Made by a program: the position numbers and the translations under genes
Shown: in pieces, positions 36,754 through 45,884 of the stretch
Numbering within the stretch: position 1 is the stretch's first letter
Layout of the letters: every line of letters begins with the position of its first letter
Origin: an uncultured Acidobacteriaceae bacterium
GTDB taxonomy: Bacteria > Acidobacteriota > Terriglobia > Terriglobales > Acidobacteriaceae
Assembly: GCA_963725975.1 (NCBI GenBank)
Contig: CAVSBA010000006.1
Location: forward strand, 10,799 to 74,798
Direction of reading: 5' to 3'
DNA: 64,000 nucleotides
The notes under the pieces: generated by a model
Database searches by the model: none
The model's input: the letters and a program-made list of their open reading frames with translations, nothing else
Told to the model about the DNA's origin: nothing

Positions 36754-37917
36754 CTAGTTTCCTGCATGAATCCCAAGATAGTTTCCGTATCCAACCACCA
36801 TGGTTGATCCAATGAGGGTAAGCAATGTCAGGAATACCAGCGTCTTGGTGCGGCGACTGACCCCACGCCACTCTTTCAGAGCAATTCCCCACAGCGTGCT
36901 GAAGATAATAATGCTGGCCATGTGCAGCGTCCAGCTTGAGAACTTGTAGCGGCCCATCTGGGTTTCGCCCATGGTGTAGAAGAAGAACTGGAAATACCAA
37001 ATGGTGCCCGCCAGTGCGGAGAAAAGATAGTTCCAGAACAGTGAACTCTCCCCATGCGGATGAGGAGTAATTTCCAGTGCGATTTCAGTCCCTGCGGCGT
37101 CGGTGACATTTTCGAGCGGGGGATGTTCGCCAGGAGGAGTGATGCGGGCTCCCTTGGGAATGCGAAGATACTCCGCGTAACTCCGATTGCGAAGATTAAG
37201 GGCGAGACACCAGATAAAGTTTGTCGTGAATCCGCCAATCAGCACCACGACCAGCACGGGCAGCCCTTGCCACATGATGCTGGTTCCATGCTGCAAGGTG
37301 AGAGCCTTGATGGGGTTTCCGGCATCGAGACCAAAGGCAAAACAGGAGCTCATGATGCCGCAGAATGTTGCGACCCCCAGGCCCCGCTTCAGGTCGAACT
37401 CCTTAATGCTTTTCAGCTTCTGTTCGGTGGAAAGCTCTCTCTCCTTGGAGATTCCGGCGGCGCCTGCAAACACGATACCCAGCACGCAAATGCCAACGCC
37501 GACGAGAATGATGACGCCTGAGCGGTGAGCGAGCAGTTGCATAAACTGTCCATGAAAGATGGGTGGAACCAGGGTGCCGAACACGGCGGTGTAACCGAGC
37601 GCCACCGCCATGCCGAGAGAAAGCCCCAGGTAACGCATGGTGAGGCCGAAGGTCAGGCCACCAAGTCCCCAAAGAACACCGAAGAAGTAGCACCAGAAGA
37701 TGGCTGACCGGGGCGAATCGCGAAGCACCAGAGTCAAATCGTGCGTCAGCAACCCGGCGATTAGCCACGGCACAACAATCCAGCTGGCCACTCCTCCAGT
37801 AAGCCAGTAGGTCTCCCATGACCAGCCGCGCACCCGTCGAAACGGCACATAGAAGCTCGCCGATGCGAGCCCTCCGAGCCAGTGCAGAAATAATCCCAGC
37901 AGCGGATTCGCGCTCAA
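36754..37917 (-). CDS. rhaT: L-rhamnose/proton symporter
   Basis: GGLASASFYVPF..V.GWSWETYW, LWGLGGLTFGLTMRYLG.SLG, GGFTTNF.WC, WYFQFFFY, SWTLHM, WGIALKEW. Confidence 0.93.
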   Translation of the reverse strand: MSANPLLGLFLHWLGGLASASFYVPFRRVRGWSWETYWLTGGVASWIVVPWLIAGLLTHDLTLVLRDSPRSAIFWCYFFGVLWGLGGLTFGLTMRYLGLSLGMAVALGYTAVFGTLVPPIFHGQFMQLLAHRSGVIILVGVGICVLGIVFAGAAGISKERELSTEQKLKSIKEFDLKRGLGVATFCGIMSSCFAFGLDAGNPIKALTLQHGTSIMWQGLPVLVVVLIGGFTTNFIWCLALNLRNRSYAEYLRIPKGARITPPGEHPPLENVTDAAGTEIALEITPHPHGESSLFWNYLFSALAGTIWYFQFFFYTMGETQMGRYKFSSWTLHMASIIIFSTLWGIALKEWRGVSRRTKTLVFLTLLTLIGSTMVVGYGNYLGIHAGN

Positions 37918-38085
37918 GGGTTCTTCCTTTTCTTTTGAAAGTCGTCTGGACTGTTGGATTGCTCCTGCAACCCGACCTCATCTATAAGCATATTGGGAAA
38001 TATTTTTTCAGCATCGCATCAAATTCGATTGGTGAGCGTTCGATTGGCGAGCGGGCCCTTGCGCTCGCGCCGCCTGGCTCATTCG

Positions 38086-38868
38086 TTATAGTGGCTGATC
38101 GAACTCCGACGCAGCCAGTAGTCCCGCGTCCACGACATGCAATATGCCCGTGATGCCTGCCGATTCTTCCGATACGAGGTAGAGCGCGGCGCGCGCCACA
38201 TCTTCAGGAGACAGGATTGTACCAAGCGGCACCCGCGATAGTCTGCGGCGAATTCGTGCCTCTCCTTCTTCTCCATGTCCCAGGTGTTCCCGCAGCATGG
38301 GCGTGTCTGTGATTCCGGGGCAGATGCAGTTTACACGAATCCTGTCACGTCCAAGGTCCAATGCCAGCGACTTCGTGAATAACGCAATAGCGCCCTTCGA
38401 CGCGGAATAGGCTGAAGTGGCAACCTGCCCCGTGAAGCTGCCGATTGAGCCGGTGTTGAGGATTGCGCCACCGCCATTGCGCCGCATGATAGGCGCCACG
38501 TGCTTTGTAGCCAGAAAGGCGCCTTTCACATTAATGGACATCACCCGGTCCCATTCGCTTCCCGTCATCTGTTCAACGGACTTCACCAGGACCACGCCGG
38601 CATTGTTGAAGAGAATGTCAATCGTGCCCCAGCGAGCGACGGTCGCGTCTACCATCTCTCGAATTTGGTCTTCGCTGGTCACATCGACGAGTGCAAAATG
38701 GGCAGTCCCTCCGGCATTGACGATCTCGGCAACGGTTTCTTCGCCACCAGCCGGGTTGCAGTCGGCCACCACGACTTTGGCCCCTTCGCGCGCAAAGACA
38801 ACAGCGCTCGCGCGACCGATTCCGCTGGCCGCACCCGTAACGATCGCAATTTTTCCCGCAAGCTTCAT
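38086..38868 (-). CDS. SDR-family oxidoreductase (possible sugar dehydrogenase)
   Basis: TGAASGIG, NNAG, YSASK, PG.TDT. Confidence 0.92.
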   Translation of the reverse strand: MKLAGKIAIVTGAASGIGRASAVVFAREGAKVVVADCNPAGGEETVAEIVNAGGTAHFALVDVTSEDQIREMVDATVARWGTIDILFNNAGVVLVKSVEQMTGSEWDRVMSINVKGAFLATKHVAPIMRRNGGGAILNTGSIGSFTGQVATSAYSASKGAIALFTKSLALDLGRDRIRVNCICPGITDTPMLREHLGHGEEGEARIRRRLSRVPLGTILSPEDVARAALYLVSEESAGITGILHVVDAGLLAASEFDQPL

Positions 38869-39078
38869 CTTGAGTTGATTTCGGTCCGATCGAATTCAAT
38901 CAGCAATAAGAACATGGCTATCTACACAGCGAGTTGGGCCCGGCTTCGACTCTCCATCAGTGCCGCTCGATGGAGAGCCGCGGTGCGGGGCGTCAATGTG
39001 CACGCTGCCCGTCGAGAGGCTGCTTTCTACCGGCACGTCAACGCGGAAATCGGGTGGGCGTGCAGGTGGTCGCCTCTA

Positions 39079-39097
39079 TGATCACACCATCTTATCA
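39079..39097 (-). promoter_or_regulatory. Candidate FadR/GntR operator, copy 1
   Basis: TGATAAGATGGTGTGATCA on the minus strand, upstream of the SDR; contains TGnTAAGAT (extended -10-like). Confidence 0.55.
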
Positions 39098-39158
39098 TCC
39101 ACGCCCTGAGGCTTATCGGCAGGTGCCCACGTAGGTCTCACAAGCGTAAGAATTACAG

Positions 39159-39203
39159 TTGACAGGCAGTTTATCGATCGTTGATGATCTGATGGCCTGA
39201 TAA
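39159..39203 (+). promoter_or_regulatory. Sigma70-like promoter overlapped by candidate FadR/GntR operator, copy 2
   Basis: TTGACA(39159)-N18-GATGAT; operator TGATCTGATGGCCTGATAA at 39185-39203. Confidence 0.55.
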
Positions 39204-39235
39204 ATCCGGATTCCAATCACAAGAGGAGATTTCCG

Positions 39236-40915
39236 ATGTTCGATGGAATGTCCAGACGCTCGTTTTTCAAGACGTTGGCCATGAGTTCGGTGGCCGGCGC
39301 CACCGCTGCTCACGGATTTCCAGAAGCGAGAGTTGCCACTGCCGGCATGGCCACAGAGTGGTCCTATGTGAGCGGACAGCAATATTCTGATCCGTTCAAC
39401 CAGGTGGAGGTGGATGCGCTCGTCACTACCCCGGAAGGCGTTGAAGAGCGGGTCCCGGCCTTCTGGGGAGGGGGCTCCGTATGGCGCGTGCGCTATGCTC
39501 CCCAGGCTCCGGGCATGTATAAGATTCGTTCCGTGTGCTCGGATAAATCCAACGCCGATTTGAACGATCAAAGCATGACTCTGGATGTGCATGCCTACGA
39601 CGGCGATAATCCGCACTACAAGCATGGCATTCTGCGCGTTGCCCCCGACAAGAGGCACCTCCAGCACGCCGATGGCACGCCATTCTTCTGGCTCGGCGAC
39701 ACTTGGTGGATGGGGCTTTGCAAGCGGCTGGCGTGGCCAGACGGCTTCCAGACGCTGACCACAGATCGCGTACAAAAGGGCTTCAGCATCGTCCAGATTG
39801 TGGCTGGCCTTTACCCCGACATGCCACCGTTCGATGAACGCGGCGCCAATGAGGCGGGCTTCCCCTGGAAGTCCGACTTTTCAACCATCAATCCCGCTTA
39901 CTTCGATATGGCCGACGTCCGGATTCAGCACCTGGCAGACAATGGCCTGGCCGCTTGCGTCGTCGGCTTCTGGGGGTACTTCATTCCGCTGATGGGCGTG
40001 GAAAAAGCGAAAAAGCATTGGCGCAATATCATCGCGCGCTGGAGCGCCTACCCGGTGGTTTGGTGCCTGGCTGGCGAGGGAACAATGCCTTTTTACCTCT
40101 CCAAAACGCCCAAAAAAGATGCTGAGACGCAGAAGGACGGACTAACTGAAATCGCCCGTTACGTCCACGCCACAGATCCTCACAACCATCTCATCACCAT
40201 TCATCCGTCGAAGAGCGCACGCTTCTGCGTCACTGACGACTCCCTGCTTGATTTCGATATGCTGCAAACCGGTCACAGCGATCGCCAGAGTGTTCCCAAT
40301 ACCATCCAGACGATCAACGGCTCGCTGGCTTCCACGCCCAAGATGCCGGTGCTGGTCGGCGAAGTCTGTTATGAAACCATCATGCAAGCGAGCCGCCAGG
40401 AGGTGGAGCGATTCATGTTCCTGGCCTGCCTACTGACCGGGACCGCAGGCCATACTTACGGCGCGAATGGTATTTGGCAACTGAACACGCGTGAGAAGCC
40501 GTATGGCCTTTCCCCGCACGGTCACTCCTGGGGTGGAGAGCCGTGGGAAATCGCCTCGCAACTCCCGGGGTCAGGGCAGCTGGGACACGCAAAGAAACTG
40601 CTTACCCGCTATTCGTGGTGGAAGCTCGAGCCCGATCCGGATCTCATCAGCCCGCGATGGAGCAGTGAAGATTACTGGATGCCCTATGCGGGCCGCATTC
40701 CCGGAGAAGCAATCATTGCCTTCTTGCCTGGCTCGTACGGCGGCGCTTCGTTTCGCAATCTGCCGCAGGCGACTTACCGGGCTTACTTCTACAATCCCGC
40801 CAGCGCCGAGGAAACTGAAATCGGTAAAATTACGCCAGACGCCAGCGGAAGCTGGGAAATTGCCAAAGTTCCGATCTTTCAGGATTGGGTGGTGGTACTC
40901 GAGAATATCGCATGA
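39236..40915 (+). CDS. Tat-exported DUF5060/DUF4038 protein (apiosidase/GH140-like glycoside hydrolase)
   Basis: SRRSFFK; PAFW.GG..WRVRYAP, DGTPFFWLGDTWW, NPAYF, VVWCLAGE, TIHP, DFDMLQTGH, E..YE, GHTYGANGIW. Confidence 0.82.
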   Translation: MFDGMSRRSFFKTLAMSSVAGATAAHGFPEARVATAGMATEWSYVSGQQYSDPFNQVEVDALVTTPEGVEERVPAFWGGGSVWRVRYAPQAPGMYKIRSVCSDKSNADLNDQSMTLDVHAYDGDNPHYKHGILRVAPDKRHLQHADGTPFFWLGDTWWMGLCKRLAWPDGFQTLTTDRVQKGFSIVQIVAGLYPDMPPFDERGANEAGFPWKSDFSTINPAYFDMADVRIQHLADNGLAACVVGFWGYFIPLMGVEKAKKHWRNIIARWSAYPVVWCLAGEGTMPFYLSKTPKKDAETQKDGLTEIARYVHATDPHNHLITIHPSKSARFCVTDDSLLDFDMLQTGHSDRQSVPNTIQTINGSLASTPKMPVLVGEVCYETIMQASRQEVERFMFLACLLTGTAGHTYGANGIWQLNTREKPYGLSPHGHSWGGEPWEIASQLPGSGQLGHAKKLLTRYSWWKLEPDPDLISPRWSSEDYWMPYAGRIPGEAIIAFLPGSYGGASFRNLPQATYRAYFYNPASAEETEIGKITPDASGSWEIAKVPIFQDWVVVLENIA

Positions 40916-42006
40916 CCTTCTCTCAACAAACCGCTTCTGATTCCGGGCCCGCCAAGTTTCGCGTGGGTCTTTCCGCCGATTTCTGTGCTGAGGATGGCCG
41001 GCTGGTTTTTCCCGATATCGGGTTGTCGCTCCTTGCAGGCGTACCCGGACTCTCCTATGAATTTCTGAGTGAGTATCGGCCCGAATATGCTCCCGGCCAG
41101 CTTACCCCGTATGACGTGGTGATCTCGCTCAAGCCGAAGGTCACCCGTCAGTCGCTCGAGGGCGTCACTCGCCTGTGCGCGGTGGGTCGATGCGGAGTCG
41201 GATACGACAACGTCGATCTGGCCGCTTGCACGGAACATGGAGTTGCCGTGTACATTACGCCGGGCGGGGTTACGCGCCCGGTTGCCGAATCCATTCTGTT
41301 GCTGATGCTGGCTTTGTCGCATCGCCTGCTGGAAAAAGACAGGATGGTCCGCGCAGGGCGATGGGCGGAAAGCACCCATCGGCTTGGCCGCGAACCACGC
41401 GATCGGATTGTGGGAACCATCGGGGTAGGGAATATTGCCGGTGAGGCAGTCCGTTTGCTGCGTCCTCTCAATGTGCGGCGCTTTCTTGCCTTCGATCCTT
41501 ATGCTTCGGCAGAACGCGCGGCAGAGCTTGGGGTGGAGTTGGTGAGTCTCGAGGAACTTCTCCGCAGCTCAGATTATGTGCTGGTCAATTGTCCACTCAC
41601 CGAACAGACCCGCGGGTTAATCGGTGCGGCCCAATTTGCATTGATGAAGCCCGATGCCGTTCTGATTAACACCGCGCGCGGACCCATCGTGGACGAGAGT
41701 GCGCTGATTCAGGCTCTTAAGAGCCAGCAGATTGCCGGAGCCGGACTGGATGTTTTTGAGAAGGAGCCGCTCCCGCCCGACTCTCCCCTGGTGGGCATGG
41801 ACAACGTGATTCTCACTTCGCATTCCATCGCATGGACCGAGGAGTTGTTCCGCGACATGGGCAGCATTGACTGCCAGGGCGCGCTCGCCATTTATCGGGG
41901 AGAGGCTCCCGCGAATGTCGTCAACCCACAGGTGCTGAGCAATCCTCTGTTCCTCGAAAAGCTTGAAAGATTCAAAGCGCTGCCGGCTTCGGGGGAGAGG
42001 AAATGA
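40912..42006 (+). CDS. D-isomer-specific 2-hydroxyacid dehydrogenase
   Basis: GVGYDNVD, G.IGVGNIA, MKP.A.LINTARG, GAGLDVFEKEP, LTSH; ATGA overlap. Confidence 0.92.
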   Translation: MTFSQQTASDSGPAKFRVGLSADFCAEDGRLVFPDIGLSLLAGVPGLSYEFLSEYRPEYAPGQLTPYDVVISLKPKVTRQSLEGVTRLCAVGRCGVGYDNVDLAACTEHGVAVYITPGGVTRPVAESILLLMLALSHRLLEKDRMVRAGRWAESTHRLGREPRDRIVGTIGVGNIAGEAVRLLRPLNVRRFLAFDPYASAERAAELGVELVSLEELLRSSDYVLVNCPLTEQTRGLIGAAQFALMKPDAVLINTARGPIVDESALIQALKSQQIAGAGLDVFEKEPLPPDSPLVGMDNVILTSHSIAWTEELFRDMGSIDCQGALAIYRGEAPANVVNPQVLSNPLFLEKLERFKALPASGERK

Positions 42007-42776
42007 CGAATCTTCGGCAGCGGCTGCAACAGGGCGATGTACTGCTGGGCCAACTGCTTCTGGAATTCTTCACTCCCGGCATTGCGCCGATGCTGGACGC
42101 ATGCGGCCTCGATTTCGTGATGTACGACATGGAGCATGGCCGATGCGGCATCACCCTGCTGGAACAGATGTTTGCATCGTGCCGGGGAAGCGGCATCGTA
42201 CCCATGGTTCGCGTGCCGGACTTGAATTTTGCGCCGCTCTCGCGCGTGTTGGATATAGGCGCGCGGGGCGTGATGGTGCCCCGCGTCGAAACCAGGCAGC
42301 AGACTGAAGACATTGTGCAACAGCTCAAGTACCCTCCTCAGGGCAGACGCGGTGTGGCGCTTGGCGTGGCACACGATCTTTATCGGGCAGCCGGTCCGGA
42401 ATTCTTCGCGCAGACAAACGACGAGACCACGGTCATCATTCAGTTTGAGTCGGTACGAGCTTTTGAAAATATGGAGTCAATTCTCTCCGTTCCGGGAGTG
42501 GACGTCGCCTGGGTCGGCCACTATGACCTGACTCTGACGATGGGCATTCCGGGCCAGTTTGACCATCCCAGATTTCTGCAGGCGATGGACGATCTGGTGG
42601 CGGCTTGCCGGCGCCACGCTGTAGCGCCAGGATTTTTGCCTCCCACGAAAGAGTCGGCTGTGCACTGGGTCAAAAAGGGCTTCAGGATGCTCAGCCTGGG
42701 AAGTGACATCGGAGTCTTTCTCGACGCCATGAAGAAGTTCAAAACCCACGTCATCCAGGAGAGCCGAACAGCATGA
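42003..42776 (+). CDS. HpcH/HpaI-family class II aldolase
   Basis: DMEHG, VRV, LDIGA.GVMVP, YPP.G.RG, QFES, G..DL, GSD. Confidence 0.9.
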   Translation: MTNLRQRLQQGDVLLGQLLLEFFTPGIAPMLDACGLDFVMYDMEHGRCGITLLEQMFASCRGSGIVPMVRVPDLNFAPLSRVLDIGARGVMVPRVETRQQTEDIVQQLKYPPQGRRGVALGVAHDLYRAAGPEFFAQTNDETTVIIQFESVRAFENMESILSVPGVDVAWVGHYDLTLTMGIPGQFDHPRFLQAMDDLVAACRRHAVAPGFLPPTKESAVHWVKKGFRMLSLGSDIGVFLDAMKKFKTHVIQESRTA

Positions 42777-43549
42777 AGTATTCAGTCCAGGCGTTTAATG
42801 GTGGCACCTTCTGGGTACCCGGTCCTGAAGTGTATTGGATGGAGGCGTGGAATCAACGCGAGGAGATGAATGCCCTCATTTATCTCGTTCGCGGCGGCGG
42901 CCACAATATTCTCATCAATACGGGCCCTCCTCAGGACCTGACTGTGATGAACCAGGCGTGGCTCAGTTTCTTTGGCTATCCTGAGGCGCAGATTGTCCGC
43001 TCCGAAGCGCAGTTACCGCAGAACATTCTGGCTTCGCAGGGTTTGACCCCCAATGATATTTCCATGGTCCTGGTCACGCCGCTGCAGGCTTACGCGACTG
43101 CGAATATCCCCATGTTTAGAAACGCCACCATTGGCATTTCACGGCGTGGCTGGATTGAAGACTTCCAGGCGCCCTATTACCACCTTCACGTCCCGCGGCA
43201 CTTACGGATTCCGCCGGATGTGAATCATTATCTGCAGAATGAAGGATGGGAAAAGGTACGTTTACTAGCCGATGAAGAGGAGATTCAACCCGGGATTCGC
43301 GTTTTCTGGGCAGGCGTGCATCATCGTTCCTCGATGGCGATCGCAATCGACACCGAGAAGGGGACCATCGTTATCACCGACTGCTTCTTCAAGTACGGAA
43401 ACATTGAATCGAATCGCTATCTTGGGGTGATGGAAAGCATGATGGAAGCGGACGCGACCTGGGCGCGCATCCGCAAGGATGCCGACATTTTCGCGTCGAT
43501 CTACGATCCGGAAGTGTTCGTGCGCCACCCCGGCGGGATTCTGGCCTGA
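42773..43549 (+). CDS. Metallo-beta-lactamase-fold (AHL-lactonase-like) protein with degenerate metal site
   Basis: LVRGGGHNILINTG, L...GLTP.DI..V.VT, F.NA, EIQPGIRV...G.H, TEKG..V..D, YDP.V..RHP match the lactonase-like scaffold; HxHxDH is replaced by PLQAYA. Confidence 0.72.
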   Translation: MKYSVQAFNGGTFWVPGPEVYWMEAWNQREEMNALIYLVRGGGHNILINTGPPQDLTVMNQAWLSFFGYPEAQIVRSEAQLPQNILASQGLTPNDISMVLVTPLQAYATANIPMFRNATIGISRRGWIEDFQAPYYHLHVPRHLRIPPDVNHYLQNEGWEKVRLLADEEEIQPGIRVFWAGVHHRSSMAIAIDTEKGTIVITDCFFKYGNIESNRYLGVMESMMEADATWARIRKDADIFASIYDPEVFVRHPGGILA

Positions 43550-43627
43550 GTGCGTGGTCTGGCCGGAAGCTTGGCGATTCTCGATGGAATGGAGGCTCGC
43601 ACCGCCTGCTGAGTGTGGATTCTTCCT

Positions 43628-44482
43628 TCAGCTGGAGATGGTTTTCGCGGCTTGCGAAGGATCCCATGCCCACGTGCCATCGCAATATTCGGCACTCACA
43701 AGCGTCCGCTCCGGCTCGCTTCCTGCGTACACCCAGATCATGGCCATATGGCCGTTGGAGAGGTTTAGAAAGCGGTGGGGGCGGCCCTCGGGGATAAGTG
43801 CTGTATCGCAATTACTGAGCACGTAGCGATTTCCCTGAACCAGGCAGTTCGCCTCGCCCTCGATAATCGAAATGGATTCGTCGAACAGGTGTATGTGGCA
43901 AGGCAATGAGGATCCAGGAGCAAATCGGCCATACCCTCCGCAAATGCCGACGGAGCCAAAACGGGCCGCGAACAAGTCCACGAACATAGCTCCCTGAGAG
44001 AGCTCGTAGACCGCGGCCTCACTAAACCTTACGATGTTTTCCGGGTCGGCGGAGCCAGGATTGAGGGCTCCCCGTTCCTGCACTTCGAACGAATCCTGAA
44101 CCGGATTCCTGGTGACAGAATCCGTTGCGAATGCAGAAAAAGCTACAAGCTCAGCGCTGGTATCCACATTGGTAACTTCATGAGCTGTTCCGGCGGGCAC
44201 ATGGAGACAATCCAGCGGATTGAGCAGATAACGCCGCCCTTCGACTGCAACCCGGGCTGTTCCGGTCACCACGATAATGGCTTCGCTGACGGGATGGGTG
44301 TGATAAGCCAGCGATGCGCCTGGCACAAACGTGACGATCCCGGTGCTAAACCCTCGTGCACCGCAGCTGGCTCTGGCAAACTCGCGTAACTGTACCCCTT
44401 CAGAAAGGAGAACGGTCTCAGCCTTTCCCGAAAAAATTGCTTCCCCGCGAAGTTGCGACGATAACGAGCCTGATGCGCTCAT
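43628..44482 (-). CDS. Bicupin protein
   Basis: Two cupin units: PG.SL.YHTHPVSE...PAG.AH and PG.SLPCHIH..DE...PEGRPH. Confidence 0.88.
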   Translation of the reverse strand: MSASGSLSSQLRGEAIFSGKAETVLLSEGVQLREFARASCGARGFSTGIVTFVPGASLAYHTHPVSEAIIVVTGTARVAVEGRRYLLNPLDCLHVPAGTAHEVTNVDTSAELVAFSAFATDSVTRNPVQDSFEVQERGALNPGSADPENIVRFSEAAVYELSQGAMFVDLFAARFGSVGICGGYGRFAPGSSLPCHIHLFDESISIIEGEANCLVQGNRYVLSNCDTALIPEGRPHRFLNLSNGHMAMIWVYAGSEPERTLVSAEYCDGTWAWDPSQAAKTISS

Positions 44483-44804
44483 CTTTGATGCCTCCTATTG
44501 TTGAATGAGCTAAAGCAGGCTGTGGGCAAGGATCGCGGCAGCTTCCTGGGTATGGTCAATGTCCAGGTGTTGACGCCTCTGTGCGATTCCGCCGCTCTGC
44601 TGCTCAAGAGAGCAGACCATCACGCCTTTCTTACTATGACTTGCGTTCTGCCTCAGTGTCAAGAAACTCAATATCCCATCAAGCGTTTGTGAGGACTGAC
44701 CGGCGCCGGTCCTCATTTGTAACCAGTACTCCCCGCCATCGAAGCGCCTCGCCAACTAGGGCATTTTTCGGATTCATGCAGAGTCGCCAAGGGGCGCGTA
44801 AGGT

Positions 44805-44827
44805 AGATTTTTCTTGAGGAAAAATCT
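44805..44827. promoter_or_regulatory. Perfect 9-bp inverted repeat, operator-like
   Basis: AGATTTTTC-TTGAG-GAAAAATCT between the FadR and cupin genes. Confidence 0.35.
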
Positions 44828-44893
44828 GTTGTACAGTTGCGGTTCCGTCTATACCAATCTGGAAAAATGCTAGAGCGCAGGGCGGGAACGAGG

Positions 44894-45697
44894 CTATTCG
44901 ACGGAGGCTGGCGCGCTTTCCAGACCGAGCGGAGGGGCTTTCAGCACGCGTCGCGGAGATTCGTTCTGGAGCAGATAGCTTCCCATGGCATCGAGATGCG
45001 CGAGCATCGCCGCGCGGGCACGTTCCGGGTTGCGCTTGGCAATGGCGAGAAAGATCTCCTTGTGCTGTTCGAGGGCGGCTTCGGGAACTCCAGCGCCCGT
45101 CAGCGCTCTGCCGATCCACTGTTGCATCAGATTACGGATCAGATGCAAAGCATTCTGCAGAATACGATTGTGCGCTGCCTTGGCCACGGCAAGATGGAAG
45201 TTGATATCGGCATCCTGGAAAGCGACGGTGTCGCTCAGGTGCAGTTCCATCTCGTCCATATAGCCCCCAATGACCTTAACGTCCTCGGCGGTGGCGCGGG
45301 AAGATGCGAGGGTAACCAGTTCAGTCTCGATAAAACGGCGCGCCTCAATGAGTTCGCTGGCATCGGAGGAGTCGCTGCCCATGATGGCCCACAACAAGGG
45401 CCGGGATAGAAACTCAGAGCGGTGGCAGACGTAGGTTCCATCGCCCAGTCGCGTTTCGATCATGCCCATGATTTCCAAGGCCTTCAAGGCTTCCCTGAGG
45501 GATGTCCTGCCCACCCCCAGCTGCACGCCCAGTTCCCGCTCCGGGGGGATGCGCTGCCCTTCGGACCAGATGCCATTGATCAAGTGGGCCACAAGTTGCG
45601 CGTAAATGTCGGACGTCAGGGTACTTCTCGCGATTTTGGTCAACGGCGCAGAGGCACAGGCAACGCTGGGCTGGCGTTTTTTTCTTCCCGTCGTCAT
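44894..45697 (-). CDS. FadR/GntR-family transcriptional regulator
   Basis: G.RIPPEREL...LGVGRTSLREAL..LE..G.I....G.GT; FCD domain EARR.IE, D..FH..VA.AAHN, EH..I..AI. Confidence 0.95.
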   Translation of the reverse strand: MTTGRKKRQPSVACASAPLTKIARSTLTSDIYAQLVAHLINGIWSEGQRIPPERELGVQLGVGRTSLREALKALEIMGMIETRLGDGTYVCHRSEFLSRPLLWAIMGSDSSDASELIEARRFIETELVTLASSRATAEDVKVIGGYMDEMELHLSDTVAFQDADINFHLAVAKAAHNRILQNALHLIRNLMQQWIGRALTGAGVPEAALEQHKEIFLAIAKRNPERARAAMLAHLDAMGSYLLQNESPRRVLKAPPLGLESAPASVE

Positions 45698-45704
45698 CGT
45701 TTAC

Positions 45705-45723
45705 TCATCATACCACCATATCA
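45705..45723 (-). promoter_or_regulatory. Candidate FadR/GntR operator, copy 3, overlapping the extended -10 of the regulator gene
   Basis: TGATATGGTGGTATGATGA; contains TGG-TATGAT, ending 9 nt before the ATG. Confidence 0.6.
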
Positions 45724-45884
45724 ATAAGTGCCCTCAAAGCCCCCATTCGAATGTAAGATGGGGTTGGGTTACGCTTCCTCACATATGGAGTCTGCGCCAC
45801 GCGGCGGGAGTTGCCGGTTCTCGGCGGCGAGTGTGGCTGCGGCCAAAGCGCGATTCCTAAAGTTTCCCCAAGGATGGTGATTGA

